NCBI GenBank assembly: GCA_963664815.2
Contig: CAXXHB010000003.1
Span: 96,001 to 160,000, forward strand
From: Spirochaetota bacterium
GTDB lineage: Bacteria > Spirochaetota > UBA4802 > UBA5550
DNA length: 64,000 nt
Direction of reading: 5' to 3'
The position numbers and the translations under genes are program-made. Numbering within the stretch: position 1 is the first letter of the stretch; every line of letters starts with the position of its first letter. Positions 59,073-64,000 of this stretch are shown here, piece after piece. The notes under the pieces are model-generated. The model ran no database searches and had not been told where the DNA came from. It saw nothing but the letters and a program-made list of their open reading frames with translations.

Positions 59073-62000
59073 ATGCAAGAATTAAAGAAAGTTGTCAATT
59101 TCGGTAAGATTAAATCTAAAATTGACCTTCCGAATCTAATTGAAATCCAGTTAACATCATATGAATGGTTCCTTCAGACAAAAACTGCGAAGAAAAAGCC
59201 TCAGGGTCTTCAGGCTGTTTTTGATGAAATATTTCCTATTGAAAGTCCTCATGATGATGTTGTACTTGAATTTGTAAATTATGAAATAGGCGAGCCAAAA
59301 TATTCCGAGTATGAGTGCAAGGAGAGAGATGTGACTTATGCAGCTCCTCTAAAGGCGACAATAAGGCTCATAAGAAAAGATAGTATGGAAGTCAGAGAGC
59401 AGTTTGTGTATATGGGAGATATTCCTCTCATGACAGAGCGCGGTACTTTTATAATAAATGGAGCTGAAAGGGTTGTTGTAAATCAGCTTCATAGATCACC
59501 CGGTATCTTCTTTTTCTATGAAGAGGATGAAAGGGTTTATAATTCAAGAGTGATCCCGGACAGAGGTTCGTGGCTTGAATTTGAAATGGATAATAAAGGT
59601 TATATTGTAGGCAGGATTGACCGGAAGAAAAAGTTTCCGGTCACTTTACTGATTAAATCTCTTGGATTTGAGACAAATGAAGAGATTGTTAAACTTTTCT
59701 ACGATGTAACTAAAATGAAGCTCAAAAGTGAAGAGGATTATGAATCTTTAAACGGCAGACGCGTTGCCTCCGATGTAATCAGTAAAGCAACCGGAGAGGT
59801 AATTATTGAGGCTGCAGAAAGAATAAATATAGATATTATTGACCGGCTTAAAGAGGAAAAGGTTTCAGATATAGAACTGATCGAGTTTCCGAATAAAAAA
59901 GAAGATGCTTATCTCAGTACAACCTTCCAGGTTGAGCCTGAGTTTATAAAAAAGAATATCAGGGTTGATGAAGGGCATGATTATAAAAACTCCGAACTGG
60001 CTCTTCTGGGACTTCATGCTGTTATGCGTCCTGGTGAACCGACAAATCTTGATAATGCAAAAGCTGAGCTTGAAAGACTGTTTTTTAATCCGAGAACATA
60101 TAGTTTAAGTTCTGTTGGAAGATATAAGATAAACAGCAAGTTCGGATTTGACGAAGATGGTGAAATACTGACAAAGGAAGATATAATTCATACTGTTAAA
60201 TATATTCTTTATCTTATAGCTGAAGCAGAAGGATATGAATTTGAACATGTTGGAAAAGGTGGTAAAAAAGAGAAGAAATACGTTTACACCATAGTCGATG
60301 ATATTGATCACCTGGGAAACAGAAGGGTAAGATCTGTCGGCGAACTTATCATGAATCAGATAAAAGTTGGTTTCCAGCGAATGGAAAGGGTTATAAAAGA
60401 AAGGATGACTATACAGGATCTGGATGTAATAACACCCCAGGCCCTTATCAGTATAAAACCAATTACAGCGGTAATAAATGAATTTTTCGGTTCAAGCCAG
60501 TTGTCACAGTTTATGGATCAGACTAATCCTCTGGCAGAATTGACTCATAAGAGAAGACTTAATGCTCTCGGGCCAGGAGGTCTTTCCAGAGAGAGAGCCG
60601 GTTTTGAAGTACGGGATGTCCATCCGTCGCATTATGGAAGGATGTGCCCAATTGAAACTCCTGAAGGTCCGAACATCGGACTTATCGTTTCCCTGAGTAC
60701 ATACGGACGTATTAATGACTACGGTTTTCTTGAAACTCCGTACAGATATGTAGAAGGTGGACGTGTAACAGATAGAATAGAATACCTTACGGCAAATATT
60801 GAAGACAACTACTCCATAGCTCAGGCTAATGCCGAGCTTGATGATAATGGAAATTTTATTAAAGGACTTATCCCCTGTAGAAACAGGGGGAATTTCCCGT
60901 ATAAAAAACCAAAAGAGATTCAGTATATGGACGTTTCACCGGAACAGATTTTTTCTGTATCTACCGGATTGATTCCTTTTCTGGAACATGATGATGCCAA
61001 CAGGGCTCTTATGGGATCAAATATGCAGCGGCAGGCAGTTCCTCTTCTTACAGAAGAAGCACCGCTTGTAGGTACAGGTATGGAGGCAGCTGCGGCTTAC
61101 GATTCAGGTGTTCTGATTATTGCAAAAAGGGGTGGTGAAGTAATATTTGCCGATGGAGCAAAAGTAAAAGTTAAAACTTCCAGCGGTGAAGTTGATGAAT
61201 ACAAGCTCCAGAAATTTAAAAGAACAAATCAGAGCACATGTTTCAATCAGAAACCGATAGTTCGTGAAGGGCAAAAGATAAAAACCGGTGATATAATAGC
61301 CGATGGCCCCGCTACTGATAACGGGAGAGTGGCTCTCGGGAAAAATATCCTTGTGGCATTTATGCCGTGGATGGGATATAATTTTGAGGATGCGATTCTT
61401 CTTTCTGAACGTCTTGTAAAAGAGGATGTCTATACATCAGTTCATATTGAACAGTTCGAGATGGAAGCGCGTGAAACAAAACTGGGCCGGGAAGTGATAA
61501 CAAGGGATATACCAAATCTTAATGATAAGGCATTCAGGGATCTTGATGCGGATGGAATTATAAGAGTTGGTGCTTATGTTAAGTCTGATGACATTCTTGT
61601 AGGAAAGGTAACGCCAAAGGGTGAACAGGATTTGACACCGGAATATAAACTTCTCTATTCGATATTCGGAGAAAAGGCGCGGGAAGTAAGAGATACATCA
61701 TTAAGAGTTCCTAATGGTGTTGAGGGTATAGTTGTTGATGTTAAGAGATTTTCACGAGAAAACGGCGATGAACTTGCTCCCGGTGTTGAGGATCTTGTAA
61801 AAGTATATATAGCTGATAAAAGAAAAATTTCTGTTGGCGACAAAATGGCGGGGCGTCACGGGAACAAGGGCGTTATTTCTAAAATATCGCCTGAATATGA
61901 AATGCCCTTCCTGCCGGATGGAACTCCGGTTGATATAGTCCTTAATCCGCTGTCGGTCCCTTCGAGGATGAATCTCGGGCAGCTTCTTGAAACAGAGCTT

Positions 62001-62612
62001 GGATGGGCGGCTCATGAGCTTAATGTATACATGGAAACTCCGATATTTGATGGAGCAACTGAGAAGGATATACAGGAGAATCTGAAGAAAGCCGGGTTGC
62101 CCGAAACTTCGAAGTCAGTTCTTTATGACGGCAGAACCGGTGAACCTTTTGAAGGGGAAGTAATGATCGGGTATGTATATATATTGAAACTTGCCCATAT
62201 GGTTGATGATAAAATTCATGCCAGGTCTACAGGGCCGTATTCTCTTGTAACCCAGCAACCACTTGGAGGGAAAGCTCAGTTCGGCGGGCAGAGGCTTGGA
62301 GAGATGGAGGTCTGGGCTCTTGAAGCATATGGCGCAGCTTATACACTTCAGGAACTTCTAACGGTTAAATCTGATGACATGCTTGGACGTGCGAGAATAT
62401 ATGAAGCTATAGTAAAAGGAATAAATTCAACTTCACCCGGTATTCCTGAATCATTCAACGTATTAATCCAGGAGCTGAGAGGACTTGCACTTGACGTCAG
62501 GATTTATGATGATGCCGGCGTAGAAATAAGTTTGTCAGAGTGGAGTGAAGGTTTTACAAAACCTAAGAGAAAGATTCATATTGAGACTCTTGAAAATGAG
62601 GAATTTGAATAA
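59073..62612 (+). CDS. rpoB: DNA-directed RNA polymerase subunit beta
   Basis: [44 protein letters not shown]. Confidence 0.99.
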   Translation: MQELKKVVNFGKIKSKIDLPNLIEIQLTSYEWFLQTKTAKKKPQGLQAVFDEIFPIESPHDDVVLEFVNYEIGEPKYSEYECKERDVTYAAPLKATIRLIRKDSMEVREQFVYMGDIPLMTERGTFIINGAERVVVNQLHRSPGIFFFYEEDERVYNSRVIPDRGSWLEFEMDNKGYIVGRIDRKKKFPVTLLIKSLGFETNEEIVKLFYDVTKMKLKSEEDYESLNGRRVASDVISKATGEVIIEAAERINIDIIDRLKEEKVSDIELIEFPNKKEDAYLSTTFQVEPEFIKKNIRVDEGHDYKNSELALLGLHAVMRPGEPTNLDNAKAELERLFFNPRTYSLSSVGRYKINSKFGFDEDGEILTKEDIIHTVKYILYLIAEAEGYEFEHVGKGGKKEKKYVYTIVDDIDHLGNRRVRSVGELIMNQIKVGFQRMERVIKERMTIQDLDVITPQALISIKPITAVINEFFGSSQLSQFMDQTNPLAELTHKRRLNALGPGGLSRERAGFEVRDVHPSHYGRMCPIETPEGPNIGLIVSLSTYGRINDYGFLETPYRYVEGGRVTDRIEYLTANIEDNYSIAQANAELDDNGNFIKGLIPCRNRGNFPYKKPKEIQYMDVSPEQIFSVSTGLIPFLEHDDANRALMGSNMQRQAVPLLTEEAPLVGTGMEAAAAYDSGVLIIAKRGGEVIFADGAKVKVKTSSGEVDEYKLQKFKRTNQSTCFNQKPIVREGQKIKTGDIIADGPATDNGRVALGKNILVAFMPWMGYNFEDAILLSERLVKEDVYTSVHIEQFEMEARETKLGREVITRDIPNLNDKAFRDLDADGIIRVGAYVKSDDILVGKVTPKGEQDLTPEYKLLYSIFGEKAREVRDTSLRVPNGVEGIVVDVKRFSRENGDELAPGVEDLVKVYIADKRKISVGDKMAGRHGNKGVISKISPEYEMPFLPDGTPVDIVLNPLSVPSRMNLGQLLETELGWAAHELNVYMETPIFDGATEKDIQENLKKAGLPETSKSVLYDGRTGEPFEGEVMIGYVYILKLAHMVDDKIHARSTGPYSLVTQQPLGGKAQFGGQRLGEMEVWALEAYGAAYTLQELLTVKSDDMLGRARIYEAIVKGINSTSPGIPESFNVLIQELRGLALDVRIYDDAGVEISLSEWSEGFTKPKRKIHIETLENEEFE

Positions 62613-62661
62613 TATAGAGTACCCGTTTAACGGGCGCTGTAGTTAATAACTTTAAGTTTAA

Positions 62662-64000
<1,339 letters not shown>

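Overview
AT-rich bacterial chromosomal window read in the standard genetic code, most likely from a free-living spirochaete related to Leptospira. This is inferred from LipL71/LruA-like, Lsa36-like and SpiroCoCo-like proteins and the RpoB '[12 protein letters not shown]' variant; a clostridial-type 2[4Fe-4S] ferredoxin hints at an anaerobic lifestyle. The left 55 kb is a mosaic of envelope proteins (LysM lipoprotein, beta-propeller, site-2 protease, SH3/M23 peptidase, giant exported ankyrin protein, porin), protein quality control (clpB; clpS-clpA-aat), signalling proteins (several with degenerate catalytic or binding motifs) and large orphan ORFs. The right 9 kb is the core cluster tRNA-Thr(GGT)-rpmG-secE-nusG-rplKAJL-rpoB-rpoC (rpoC truncated by the window). 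The ferredoxin, rpmG, tRNA-Thr and rpoC are missing from the supplied ORF track and were read from the sequence. I saw no mobile element, prophage, CRISPR array or defence island. The best candidates for undescribed systems, all inferential, are: (i) a three-gene membrane operon ending in a 2TM + PCI-like winged helix + Zn-ribbon protein; (ii) an SH3-M23 endopeptidase beside an exported ~1090-aa ankyrin protein; (iii) a translationally coupled LysM lipoprotein / beta-propeller / site-2 protease trio; (iv) an I-site-only GGDEF protein next to a PilZ-less cellulose-synthase-like GT2; (v) an H-box-less hybrid kinase heading a tautomerase-ABC operon. All family assignments are by eye; no database search was run.
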